A stretch of DNA of 61,966 bases, filler included, from Nemertoderma westbladi (Eukaryota > Animalia > Xenacoelomorpha): the NCBI GenBank assembly GCA_032718475.1. It is 3 parts of 3 records of this genome, joined end to end, with 100 filler letters (N's around TTAATTAATTAA, not from the genome) between each part and the next. Parts side by side here need not be neighbours in the genome. Positions count along the whole stretch, not along the records: positions 1 to 25,601 come from JAUCBJ010003780.1; 2 more parts are not named here. The stretch is one strand, 5' to 3'. Position numbers and translations under genes: made by a program. Shown here piece by piece: positions 13,265 to 24,621 of this stretch (position 1 is the stretch's first letter; each line of letters opens with the position of its first letter). The notes beneath the pieces were generated by a model. The model was not told the DNA's origin. It saw nothing but the letters and a program-made list of their open reading frames with translations, and ran no database searches.

Positions 13265-13791
13265 GTTTCCATGATTAGCGTTTCTCCACTTTGAATATAT
13301 TAATGACTTAATATTGTCCTTTACCATATATTTATTGATAGGGAGGGAAGTTAATTTATTTATTCATTGTATTTGAGGTACGAGGGATTATTTTTGGCTA
13401 GTTGTATGAGCTCCTTAGATACAATTAGATATGCACAGGTCAAAGTACAAAAGCAACTGAACCTTGAATAATTACTAATTCAAATTAGAATATCAGCTTG
13501 ATTTTTATTGTATTTATAATAATTAATTAATAGTAGTGTTAGTTAATGTTTTAGTTTATATTATATACAAGCGGGCATTCGATATTGACTCAAACTTACA
13601 CTGCAGTTCTTGTATCTGAAATTTTCGAAACAAATTGTATTACTATCGCGGATAAATTCACATGATTTCAACTTTTTTTTACATGTTGGAAGTTTTACTC
13701 TCAGTTTCTATTACCTTTCCCATTACCTATTACCATTCTATGATTAATACAATTAATACACCGCCGCCTGCAACCTAAATTACCGAAAATC

Positions 13792-14898
13792 ATGTTTATA
13801 AGGCGGAGTTGGAGAGTGTTGAGGATTTCCCGAAAACATCGGTTCACACTTACAGCTTATGTCATTGCCATCGTGATCGTATACATGGCGACTAGTTTTA
13901 TGGTCCGTTGTCAAATCAACCGGTACAGTTTCACGGGAAGTCTACCCCATTCTGATACGTGCCAACCAGTCGCTGATGGTTCAATGGTCCAGCTATGCGA
14001 CAGCATCTTTCAGTGCTTCTCTGGCTCCCTTTGGGAACACACATCTCGTAATTATTTACAAGACGGACACTTTACCGGGTGCTTATACCCAGACTACAGA
14101 CACCCAGTCCCTAAGATTGTGCATTATATATTACTAGAATCGGATTTCAATTTTATTCACCTCATCAGTATTTTCAGCGTTTCGACTAGAATAAAACCGA
14201 CCGCTATTATCTTCCATTCAGACTTCCAGCCCAATTCCACGCTGTGGAAATGGGCCGTCAGAAATATTCCCGAACTAGAATACAGATTTGTTGCCGCGCC
14301 ACGAGAAAGTGGAGGTGTCCAATTGTCCTCAGTTCAACACAAATCTGATGTTCTTAGGTTAGAAATTTTACTTCAATATTCTGGAATTTACTTGGACTTG
14401 GACACTGTAAGTTTGAAGTCTATTGACGAGTTACTGGGTTACGATTTCGTCATGGGCAGAGACTCCTCCAACGTGTTGAATAACGGGATTTTAATTGGTC
14501 GGAAGACGTCGGAATTCCTGCGATTGTATCGGAACGGTTATTCGTTGTACTATCCGAGCTGCTGGGGTTGTAACTCGGTACTTCGCCCCAACCGCATCGC
14601 TCGAAGGAACCGCCAAGCGATCCACATACTGCCCCCCGATCAACTCATCTACCCCTCGTTCAACAGACGGACCTGGATGTTTCATAAAAATGTTTTGGAT
14701 TGGAGGAATTCCGGTGCTTACTTCGCCCATCTATGGGACGGCACCCATCATGGTCTCATCGAAAATGTTGCGGAATTAACCGAAGCGAAGATTAAAGTCC
14801 TAGATAATCACTTCGGAGAAATACTTCGAGATGCTTGGTTCGGAACTAGTGAAATAATTTACGATGATAGATCTAGATTACTGCATGAAATTGTTTGA
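13792..14898 (+). CDS. Alpha-1,4-glycosyltransferase family (GT32, DXD sugar-binding domain; A4GALT/A4GNT-like), type II membrane protein
   Basis: 368-aa ORF with an N-terminal hydrophobic anchor (LTAYVIAIVIVYMATSFMV), VPKIVHY, HKSDVLRLEILLQYSGIYLDLD (DXD), LNNGIL and a C-terminal HLW. Confidence 0.88.
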   Translation: MFIRRSWRVLRISRKHRFTLTAYVIAIVIVYMATSFMVRCQINRYSFTGSLPHSDTCQPVADGSMVQLCDSIFQCFSGSLWEHTSRNYLQDGHFTGCLYPDYRHPVPKIVHYILLESDFNFIHLISIFSVSTRIKPTAIIFHSDFQPNSTLWKWAVRNIPELEYRFVAAPRESGGVQLSSVQHKSDVLRLEILLQYSGIYLDLDTVSLKSIDELLGYDFVMGRDSSNVLNNGILIGRKTSEFLRLYRNGYSLYYPSCWGCNSVLRPNRIARRNRQAIHILPPDQLIYPSFNRRTWMFHKNVLDWRNSGAYFAHLWDGTHHGLIENVAELTEAKIKVLDNHFGEILRDAWFGTSEIIYDDRSRLLHEIV

Positions 14899-17101
14899 AA
14901 TGATTTCCTATCATCCTACTCCAGAGCCCTAGATATAAATAAATAAAAAAAACTTTCAGTTTCCATTTGAAAATGCAATCCTTATAAATTTATTTTTTTA
15001 GCTTTTTTGGCACCACCAATTTTATTTTACTTAAATAGTTATTTGTATGTGTAATCGACTTTATTTTTTACGTACGGTATGTAATATTCAAATTTGTTAT
15101 AAATAAATAAATATTCAACGTAATTTTAAAACTTCTACATTTTTATACATATAAAAACAATATTAGAAAAGTTCGCACCTCTGCGCCTTAAGGTGCTCCT
15201 CAGTTTGCGATAACCTGCATTAGTTTTCGTCTAAAGAAACTCTAGCTTCAGCCCACCCATCTGTAAAGACCAATTGGAAGGGCTTGCGCTGGGAGGATAG
15301 AGGAAGGGTTGTGGGGCGAGCCACGAAGTGACGAAGTCTTATCGAACTGACACTGTTAGGAGGAATGGAGGGGGGTTAAAATCTGCAAATATAGTTGTTT
15401 TTGTCGTTACGATTTTGACATTCTAATAACTATAAGCTGACGTTGAAATTTGGTAGTCATCAATGTAGTCTTTGAGATAATTTCAGACATCTTCAGGTCA
15501 ACAGACTCCCGCTAGAGGGCAAGGTTTTTAAACTCAGCTCTCCCAGCCAAAAAAATCGAGAAAAAAAGGAAAAAATGATTTTATATTTTCAAAAAAAAAA
15601 AGGAAAAAAGATAGGATGCAGTTCAAAAAAATGGAAAAACTGAATAGATATTATCTTTACAAAAGTAATAATAGTAAACATTATGTCTTTAGTGCTGTTT
15701 CTTGATTCTATTTCATTAACCTTACTGTTTATACTATGAAGAATCCCATTAAGATTTTTAAAATTTTAAATGACAGGAAGATATCAAAGAAAGTTAAAAA
15801 ATATAAACACGCAGGAAAGAGAACAACGGCAATGGGAATATAATTAATATTAATTATAGTTAATATATTAATATTATTAATATAATTATACAGATATTTT
15901 CACCTTTTTTGCCAAAGTTATCAGAGATGATTGAGCTCGGCCGATTGATGGTCATTGATAGAGGTTTATCAAACGCTTGTAAATATAACTTTAGTTTGAA
16001 AGTGATATAAAAACTTTGGTACGGATTTCCGGTCGTGGCTACATTTATATAAATAACAAAAATGCTTTAAGACGCAATCAAAATACAACCATCTCCAGGG
16101 GAAAATGGATGCAAATAACAGCTGATTACGAGCAAAAATGAAACTGTAACATTGTTATAGGCTTTCTTTTATTGTTTTGGTTAGAATAGACTGCCACTGC
16201 AACCTGTTCCTTTCCCAAAATTGAAAATCGTCATTGTTGATTCACCAAGGCGGTTTTTGCGTGAATTATAATAAATCACACGTTAAAAATGTAGCTGCGG
16301 AGAGAACTTTAATATACATATTTTCTGAAACAGAAATATGTCTCAGAAATATAGAACATGTTACACTTACAGCAGGCTATTTTCTGAACTAAAAAAAGGT
16401 AAAAAAGGTGTGTAAATGGACAAAAAAAAGGAAAAGAGGAAACATTCTAAAAAAAGGGAAAAAAAAGGAAAAAAGGAAACTATCGAGGCCTGAAACATTA
16501 AAGTGGGGACCCTGCTCCATCTACAATTCTAAAGTCTGTCGCTAGAGGGCGAAATGTCTTAAAGGTAAAATCTCATGCATGAAAGGTGGACTTCGCGTAG
16601 CACGTGACTCTGAAATGTTTTTATTTTGGCCAACTAGCGGTAGACTGGAGAACTGCCGAGGGATTACCATCCCCACAAGAAGCAGCCTATGGATGGTCTG
16701 CCTGCATGTATATCTGTAAGTTTCAGCTCGAACGGATAACAAATAACGAAATGAGAGGTTTTCTTTCACTTTCACATATTTCGACCTCTAGCGGTAAACT
16801 GTAGACAAACGAAAATAGTGTCTGCTTTGAAATAAATATACGAGGATCATAACGCGGTAGTACGCATGTAGTTGTATTTCAAAATTGGACATTATGTACG
16901 GTTGCTGTTGCTGATGGAAAAAATGCATGTTGTTAAAAATAGTGTAATATTTTTTGTGGAATTTTTTAAAATTTTAAAATATGATTTATTAGAGCATCAA
17001 ATAGGAAAATCTATAGAATCTAATCCTAATGGCGTTAAGAAATGATACAATTTTGAATAAAAAACTATAAATTGTTTGATGAATGCAATAAAGACAATTA
17101 T

Positions 17102-18223
17102 TTAGTTAATTTCTACCCGAGAATTATTACTGCAACAAAGTTCTATCAACCTAGAAACCACGTCAATATTCAATGAGTTTCCTATCAGTTTCCACTGTTG
17201 CCTAGTTGTAACGTTGGTGGGAAATTCAAAAGATTGGGGGTAACCATGTATATTCGCCAGTTCACGAGGAGAAAAATATCGCAATTCGATCTCGGATAGT
17301 AACTCAAGACAACCTTCCTTGCTAATCTTTTGTAAATAATTCTTTACTGTATTGTTCCCCATATTCTTACAGTCAATAAGAGATCCTGTTCCTTCTACGT
17401 ACCTTCCGTAAGCTTTTGTAAAACTAATGGAACGTTTACATTTTGGATTCACCATGTCCATCAATGTTCCCAATCTTTTCACTACCTTTGCGTCGACCTT
17501 TAGTTCATCTGGTATTGGCTCTTCATCAACTAGGTAACTCGCAAGTGATTGCATCTGTCCGTCGAAACATTGTGGATGGTCTGTGTAATCGCATCCGCAA
17601 TCCGCAAATCCCGAAGTGTTAGTTCTTTTTTGCGCGTAAGAAATATTGTTTGGAGGAAACCCTAACCATATGTCTGATCTAGTTTCGAATGTAAAGGCTA
17701 TCGGACGAAGTAAGGCCACCAAGAAATATCGCAGTCTGGAATTAGGTATGTTTATATCCGTGGGTGAGATGAGAAACTCCTGAAAGTTATATTCGCATAC
17801 GATAAGAATCTCTCGCAGCTTGATGTGGGCATCGGATCCTTCAAATCCCTTTACATTCTCCAATATGATAACTTTTGGTTTCCGTTGCAGTTCCGGTAAT
17901 AAGTGTAAGAAATGTAAGAAACTTTTGCACCGCTCATCCTGTAAGCCGAGCCGTTTACCGTTACGAGTAAACGGTTGACACGGCGGACTCATGGCTACCA
18001 TGGTCGCGGATATAGCATCCAATTGTTCCAAACTTAAGGATTCAATGCCTTTATTCAAGATTGAAATGCTCGGAAAGTTGTGTCTGTAGACGTCGTTTGC
18101 AACAGTGCTTATTTCAACGGCCGTAACAATTCCGGCATTCGGAAGTGCCTTTTTCACTGCATACTGCATTCCCCCAATACCGCTGTACAACTCGAGAACT
18201 CTAAACTCTTCTTTACGGTCCAT
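17102..18223 (-). CDS. TRDMT1: tRNA (cytosine-38-C5) methyltransferase DNMT2, single coding exon
   Basis: C5-MTase motifs ELYSGIGG (I), SPPCQPF (IV), ENVKGF (VI), PNSRLRYF (VIII), LRYFSPRE (IX) and IGNSLN (X), plus the DNMT2-type xFTKAYGRYVEGTGS. Confidence 0.95.
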   Translation of the reverse strand: MDRKEEFRVLELYSGIGGMQYAVKKALPNAGIVTAVEISTVANDVYRHNFPSISILNKGIESLSLEQLDAISATMVAMSPPCQPFTRNGKRLGLQDERCKSFLHFLHLLPELQRKPKVIILENVKGFEGSDAHIKLREILIVCEYNFQEFLISPTDINIPNSRLRYFLVALLRPIAFTFETRSDIWLGFPPNNISYAQKRTNTSGFADCGCDYTDHPQCFDGQMQSLASYLVDEEPIPDELKVDAKVVKRLGTLMDMVNPKCKRSISFTKAYGRYVEGTGSLIDCKNMGNNTVKNYLQKISKEGCLELLSEIELRYFSPRELANIHGYPQSFEFPTNVTTRQQWKLIGNSLNIDVVSRLIELCCSNNSRVEIN

Positions 18224-18710
18224 TTTCAGTTAGTGAGTAGGCCTAACCCACAACCATGACTAGGCTGTTATACATAGCATACAGTATGATATGAAGTAGT
18301 AGTATAATGTAAATGTAGTATATGAATGAATATTCAATATATGATAATACCAGAAGGTCTGAAGGTAAACGAGATCAGCTAGTCAGCCAGTAGGGGGAAC
18401 TTGGACTTACCCCTCGAAGGGAAAATCTATGCAAATAGCAGTTGTTTACTCTCAAAAATAAAACTAAACACCTGTTCTATTGATAGTTTCGTTTATTGTT
18501 TTGAATAGAATAACGTGCCACTGTAACCTGCTCATTCCCCTTAATTGATAATTTATATTAAAACGAGCAATTAATTGGCTAAGATGAGATTTAGCATCAC
18601 CCCACCCCCCTGTACCAGACAGAGGCCCAGAAGGTAAACAAGAGATGAGATATGGCTAGCACGTATACAGTACAACACACACAGCAATACAGTACACCAT
18701 AGTTTCACCA

Positions 18711-18906
18711 GGGTGAGTACAAAACAAAGACGCAAGACCCTCTGTACAAAACAAAGAGGTAAAGTCGCGTTAGGTCCCAAAGAGCGTTAGGTCCCAATGC
18801 CATTTAAAGGAGCAGGTTTAGTAAAGGAGCAGGTTACAGAGGCGTGTTGGGTGAACCAAAACAATAAACGAAAGTTAACATTAACAGGTGTGTTTTGTAC
18901 TCACCC
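18711..18906. mobile_element. Shorter copy of the MULE-like MITE family of 7952-8391
   Basis: Termini GGGTGAGTACAAAAC/GTTTTGTACTCACCC, internal sequence shared with ~8150-8340, imperfect 9-bp flanks GTTTCACCA/TGTTCACCA. Confidence 0.75.
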
Positions 18907-19312
18907 TGTTCACCATCACCATCCAGCCATCACCAGGCTTCAGTACTTACCTGCTTACTGTATTGGTGAAATAGTTGTTGTAATGCTTCAGACAATCAGA
19001 GCTCTAGCACTCTGGATAATCTGACAGTAGCAGCTAGCATTGGATGGACAGGGACAGGGCGCTACATTAGGTATATATTTTCAATATATGATATACGCGT
19101 ATGTGTAGTTACTCACATTGCAGCATTGAGTCGCATACACTACAGCACTATATACACACATACAGCAGACGACAGGCATAGCAAGAGCAACCACTGAGTC
19201 ACTGACATAGTCGACAGTTACTCACCTTGGTAGGGAACACAACAACAACTTGGAGATTGTACCTACATTGTCAGATTGTACGGGTACGGTACGGTAGAGA
19301 AAGATAGGCCTT

Positions 19313-19927
19313 GCTCTGTAAATACAGAAATAGGATAGGTCTAATTAAGGACAATACTGTTGTATTGAGGACAACAGTCAAAAAGACCTACCAACCACCA
19401 ACAGTCAGAAAAACTCACCAACAGTCAGAAAACAGACCCAGATAGTCTACCAACAGCCAAGCGCCAAGGGCTTCAAAAAAAATTCCGATTATCTAAATGG
19501 GGTTCCTCAAATTCGAAATAATCAAAATCATATCAGCTGATATCCGTAACTACTGAACTATGGAAATTACGTCATTCTTTATCTTTACTGTACCATGCAG
19601 CTGTAGGCCTACCGAACCGATACAGTTGTTAACACAGTCTGACAGTAGGCTATATTTGGGGGCCTCCATTTTGAATTTTTTTAATGTCATTTTACCAGTT
19701 TGCCAGTTCCCGTGGCAAACCACGGGACTGCGGGAAGTGTTTTTGTATTTTTCGTCCATTTACCGCTTCCTAGAGGAAACCACTTAGAAATTTGGTAATT
19801 TACCGGCAACCGGTCTTCCTATAACAAAATACTTAGAACGTTAACTTATAATTTTGATTCAAAATAATATGCTGCTCCCAACTGCCCAAACAGCAAACCC
19901 CTACCTATTTCTGTATTTAGTTAGAGC
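19313..19927. mobile_element. Possible MITE
   Basis: Imperfect TIRs GCTCTGTAAATACAGAAATAGGATAGG and CCTACCTATTTCTGTATTTAGTTAGAGC; no clear TSD. Confidence 0.45.
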
Positions 19928-20273
19928 GCTACCACCCCTAACACAATACTTGACAGCTTGATTAGCATACATACATTGCACTGTAATATTGCATATAATT
20001 AGGCCCTAACCTAATTAACTAAAACTGCTAATTAAGTATTAATAAATGCCACAAACTGCAAATTGATTTATTATTGTACAAAAGTGCCACAATTCCTAAA
20101 AATATGCACTGTCTGACTGTAATACAGTAATATAATAATCACTAATCTGATAATTGCTTAATAATAATTTGACTTGAAAAAACGTACTAAAAAAGGGTCG
20201 ATTAATGAAAAATTAGTTAGGCCTATATACCTGTATACTTATAAAGGCCTAAATTAGGTACATACCGGTAACT

Positions 20274-20950
20274 ACCGTCTACACCCGAATGTGGGCATTC
20301 CCCAACACCCAAAGTGGGCCGGCCTGGGCACCAACTTTTTAAAACTGCTGTAATTTTTGAACTATAATACATTAAATAATAGTGAAAAATTAATTAAATA
20401 GGTTTTTTACTAAATCTGCTGACTAATTAATATTTATTATCAGTTGATATTATTAAATTTCAGTATATGGTGAATCTTTCAGAGGTACCACAAAATCGTC
20501 GCGTGAAAGTTGGAGCGACGATTTAATAACATTTTCTTACAGGCATTATTTATATCAAACACAAACCAAGTACACCATTACAATCGATTTAGATGCTAAT
20601 GGTTTCAATATTGAAAATTACATCAGACTTTTTATCTTTAAAATGTAGAATAATCTGTAAAGTTTGTGTGCCCACTTTTGGGTACAAATTTGATCACTGT
20701 TAAAATATTAACCTTACCTTAAGTGGGCATAGTTTTTCCAATTTATTTCCCTAACAGCCTAATATGGGCATTGCATTAGCATGGGCCTAATGGGGCTGTA
20801 TGCAGTAGTTCAAATCAGTTTGCATAACGATCATGTTACAAGGGGGTATGTTAAAGCCAAAACCAAGCTAGTTTATGTTTTAAAAAGTCTATTGAAGAGT
20901 CCGTTAAAATGCCCACTTTGGGGTAGAACCGTTTTTTTACCTTAAAGTGG
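20274..20950. mobile_element. Possible degraded non-autonomous DNA transposon
   Basis: Clustered (AA)GTGGGC motifs near the left end and GCCCACTTT near the right end; termini uncertain. Confidence 0.35.
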
Positions 20951-21684
20951 TCACTTTTTAAATTAAAAAAAAAATGTGCAAAAAACTGAAATAGAATAAA
21001 TTGTTAAATATTTATTGTGAAGATGAGATATCAAACTTTCATTTAATTTTACTTCATGACTGCATGATACTATTTTCTAGAAAAGACAGTTTTTCACGTG
21101 CTGCGCGAAGAGCACATCGTCCTCTGCAGCCGTAAAATTTATACCACATTAAATACAAGACCTGGGCGTGGGCATATGTAACTTTGAATTAGGGTTTCGG
21201 ACCGCCACTCTTCGAAATCTGGGGTGAAAATTCTCTAGGCAGCAGGGGCGGGCGGGGGGGGGGGGGGGCATCCGCATATGGCAGTAGGCCTATGGCGTTA
21301 GGCGAAAATGTCCGAGGGGCTATTCCGTGCGGGGGGGGGACATTTTCCTCCTTTTACAACGGTACCTTCTTAGTGGTATGGTCTGATGGTATGGTAAGTT
21401 TTACAACACACCACAGCCCTACGCCCTACTGTAAATTACAAAATCAAATACTGCAGTACCGGTAGGCCTAGTTCAGTAGGGCCAGGGCCAAGGTTAGTTT
21501 AATTTGTTTATGATATTCGGTAGGCCTACACGTCAGTCTGTCAGTCAGTGCCAGTAAGCTACTTTTTTGAAGTAGCTGAGTAGGCCCTACAGCCCTAATC
21601 AAGAATTCAAGAACTGTTCATCTTTTTCTTTCATTGTCTAATTTGCTGCTATTTTAACTTAACTGTTACACCCATATTAGTCAT

Positions 21685-21853
21685 ATGTGGAGATGTCTGT
21701 CAACTTGTAAACTGTTGTTTTAATGGAAATTGCTATTAACCTGCAACTGCAGCAGCGTTCACTCTCCGAATCGTACCGGTAATGCGAATCAAGGATGGAG
21801 CAGGACCATCCTTTACGGGAGGAAAAAATGATGTATGCCTACGAAGGTACTGA
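21685..21853 (+). promoter_or_regulatory. Candidate uORF chain in the AMD1 leader (21685-21723, 21723-21782, 21782-21853; plus 21693-21710)
   Basis: Consecutive ORFs joined by TAATG stop/start overlaps; the last overlaps the AMD1 ATG out of frame. Presence in the mRNA is not shown. Confidence 0.5.
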
Positions 21854-22835
21854 AAAATTACTTGAAATCTGGTTTGAAGGCAATGAATACGGCGATCTCA
21901 GGAAAATACCAATAAATGAGCTTGAAAAGATGTTGTCGGACGTAGAGTGTTCTATTGTTAGCTCCTGTGTCGGCATTACTCAAACAGCCTACGTTCTATC
22001 GGAAAGCTCCATGTTTGTATCGAGAAACAGATTCATCCTGAAAACTTGTGGAACTACCAAATGCTTAAACGCAGTTCCCAAAATTATAAGTCTGGCCCGA
22101 GAGTATTGTGGGATGGTGGAAGTTCCCATGTTCTTTTACAGCAGGAAAAATTTTTTACATCCTGACCTGCATACTGGATTATACTCGAATTTTTTATTGG
22201 AGACTAAATTTCTTGACAATATAATTGAGAGCGGGGCGGCCTATTGTCTTGGTCGCATGAACGGTGACCATTGGTTTATGTACATGAAGGACAAACCAAT
22301 TTCGGTAGAAGAACCCGAGATACCTGACCAAACATTAGAGATTCTCATGACAGACTTGAATCCGGGGGTTATGGGCATTTTCCATCTTTCACGATCGCAA
22401 TCTGCCCGAGAGATGACGGATAAATCTGGAATTTCCGGGTTGTTTAGAGACGCTGTTATCGACGATTTCAACTTCGATCCCTGCGGCTACAGTATGAACG
22501 GATTGCTCGAAGGGGCCGGTTACTTTACCATTCATGTTACCCCAGAAATCGAATTCTCCTACGTCAGTTTCGAAGCGAATGTTATCTTTTCGCGATCTGA
22601 GTATAATGTCCTCATCAACAACGTTCTACAGGTCTTTAAACCCGGACGATTTTCAATGACTTTGTTTGCTAATAACTCAGCTAAATGCGGCGTCTCTTCT
22701 GGTATATTTGAGAACAATCTCAACAATTACAAACGTAATGACTGTCAGTTTTGTCAGTTTTCCACGTACGATGTCACGTTTGGTCATTATTCTCTACCGG
22801 AACCGCAACAGAAACTTATTCCTTCCGAGCTTTAG
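21795..22835 (+). CDS. AMD1: S-adenosylmethionine decarboxylase proenzyme, single coding exon
   Basis: EGTEKLLEIWF, YVLSESSMFV (E|S autocleavage/pyruvoyl site), LKTCGTT, PDQTLEILM, PCGYSMN, TIHVTPE and SYVSFE. Confidence 0.97.
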   Translation: MEQDHPLREEKMMYAYEGTEKLLEIWFEGNEYGDLRKIPINELEKMLSDVECSIVSSCVGITQTAYVLSESSMFVSRNRFILKTCGTTKCLNAVPKIISLAREYCGMVEVPMFFYSRKNFLHPDLHTGLYSNFLLETKFLDNIIESGAAYCLGRMNGDHWFMYMKDKPISVEEPEIPDQTLEILMTDLNPGVMGIFHLSRSQSAREMTDKSGISGLFRDAVIDDFNFDPCGYSMNGLLEGAGYFTIHVTPEIEFSYVSFEANVIFSRSEYNVLINNVLQVFKPGRFSMTLFANNSAKCGVSSGIFENNLNNYKRNDCQFCQFSTYDVTFGHYSLPEPQQKLIPSEL

Positions 22836-24497
22836 TTCCGAAACTTCATCACTTTAATGACAATGGCCATCGCACAAGGGCGAGTTAATATGTAATTTTA
22901 TTTTTTAGTCTTAATTTAAATTATTTAAGATGCTTTTCATTAGTTTAATTTCAATTGTAAGTGTAATTGTTTGCATTGCATCTTAAAGTAATTTTCTACT
23001 TATAATAAATATATGCATTTTCTTTATTAATTGTGCACTATGTACAGTGCAGCCGTAGTTTCACAATATACAATCAATTTATTTATATTCTTTAATAATT
23101 TATTAATATTTCATTTATTATAATATGGGGGATTTATTTATATGCCTGTGTTAAAAATTTGCAACATAAACTTATTATAATAGTGATTTTTTAATAATTT
23201 TACAAACTAATTTAATAATTTATACCAATTTAAATAATAAAATATTTAACAGTCATAGTAACATTTCCTTAGCTTAATTGAATTTATAAAACAGCATTCA
23301 GTATCATAGCTTTGTTTTATAATTTAAACTCTAACTCTCTTATAGAAGAGATAGACAACGTTGAGTATTACCAGGCTTAATATTGAAAAATTGTAGTGCT
23401 GAAACTTATTGATTTATGTTGAATTAATTGATAAGTAAAGTAAATCATTCAGTAATAAACATGAACTGACTTTAATATTATTTTATCATACCAATACCAA
23501 TATTTCACTTATACCAGAACTGTTAAATATACTGACTTAAACACCGTTACTACTCTTACCGTCACATTAAGAAAACTGTATGAAAATTTTTTGGCCCAAT
23601 CCCGAAAATAGTACCAATAGCGATCCCGAAATGTTTAAACTAAAGAAACAGCCCCAAGCAAAGCATCATGCTAAAACAGCGGGGGGGGGGGGGGGGGGGG
23701 GGGGGTCATAACATCTTTAGAACTAGCGGTGATGGTTGCCGATTACATAAATACATAGGCCCGTTAGGAACCACCCTCAGACATTGATTCTTCTTCAAAT
23801 TTTGCAATTTGACGCAGCCAATATTTCGAACAAGTAAATAAGCCAGAAGCCACTAACCTGGTTCTTTCCCTTAATCAGGGACGAATTATGGATTTTCGGG
23901 CCCCGGGCACTCGCAACTTACGGGCCCCTACCCCCCCCGCCCCCCCCCACACCCCCCCACGAAAACCAATTGCAAAAAAATTTTGGTCCCCGTTGGTACA
24001 AATTAGTAACGCTGGTGATATTTTTTTCAAATAAAACAATATATTCGATATTAAAACGTAACGGAAAACACTATAGACAGAATAATTGAATTTCGCTAAA
24101 TTGAATATCAGTGAAAAAAGCGGTGAGTTTTTATTAAGTTCTTTTATTTTTATCGAATAATAGCCTTTATTATTTAAATAGTAATAATTTTTCCTAAAAT
24201 TACACCATCCAAAGGACATCAATTCTATATTTAGGAACGAATAATATATTGACGGTATATCAATAAATTAGACACAAAAATACTTGGAAAAAATAGCAAT
24301 TTCCTAGCCTACTGAACTTGTGAATGATTTCAGATAAATCGAATTGAAAAGTAAATTAAATTTTGAGACTATTTTGTGGTAGGCCTAATTCGTAGGACCC
24401 TCCTAACAGTCTAATGCTAACATATTGGTTTTATATTGATCACATTACAGTATTTATTATAAATTTTGTCGTTTTTAAAACACTGCAAAAGCAGCGT

Positions 24498-24567
24498 TGC
24501 CTGGTCAAGGGATCGAACAAGGGCCTCCTACGTGGAAGCCTAAGGTTGTCACCACTAGACATGAGGC
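24498..24567 (-). pseudogene. Degenerate tRNA-like sequence (tRNA pseudogene or SINE head)
   Basis: A box-like TGTCTAGTGG, CTTCCAC loop, B box GTTCGATCC, partial acceptor stem GCCT/AGGC and a downstream T-run. Stems are poorly paired. Confidence 0.5.
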
Positions 24568-24621
24568 TGCTTGAAAATGACAATTAGTTGCGGTTTTTAT
24601 TTTAGTAGGACCCATGTTAAC

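Noticed and set aside
10157-13272. 700-1000 aa ORFs and a CRISPR-like appearance of the 50-bp array
   Set aside because: Pure tandem repeat with no unique spacers or cas genes; the ORFs arise because the unit lacks stops on one strand.
22833-22895. Vertebrate-type AMD1 stop-codon readthrough tail
   Set aside because: Only 19 sense codons follow the TAG before the next stop, with no recognisable readthrough context.
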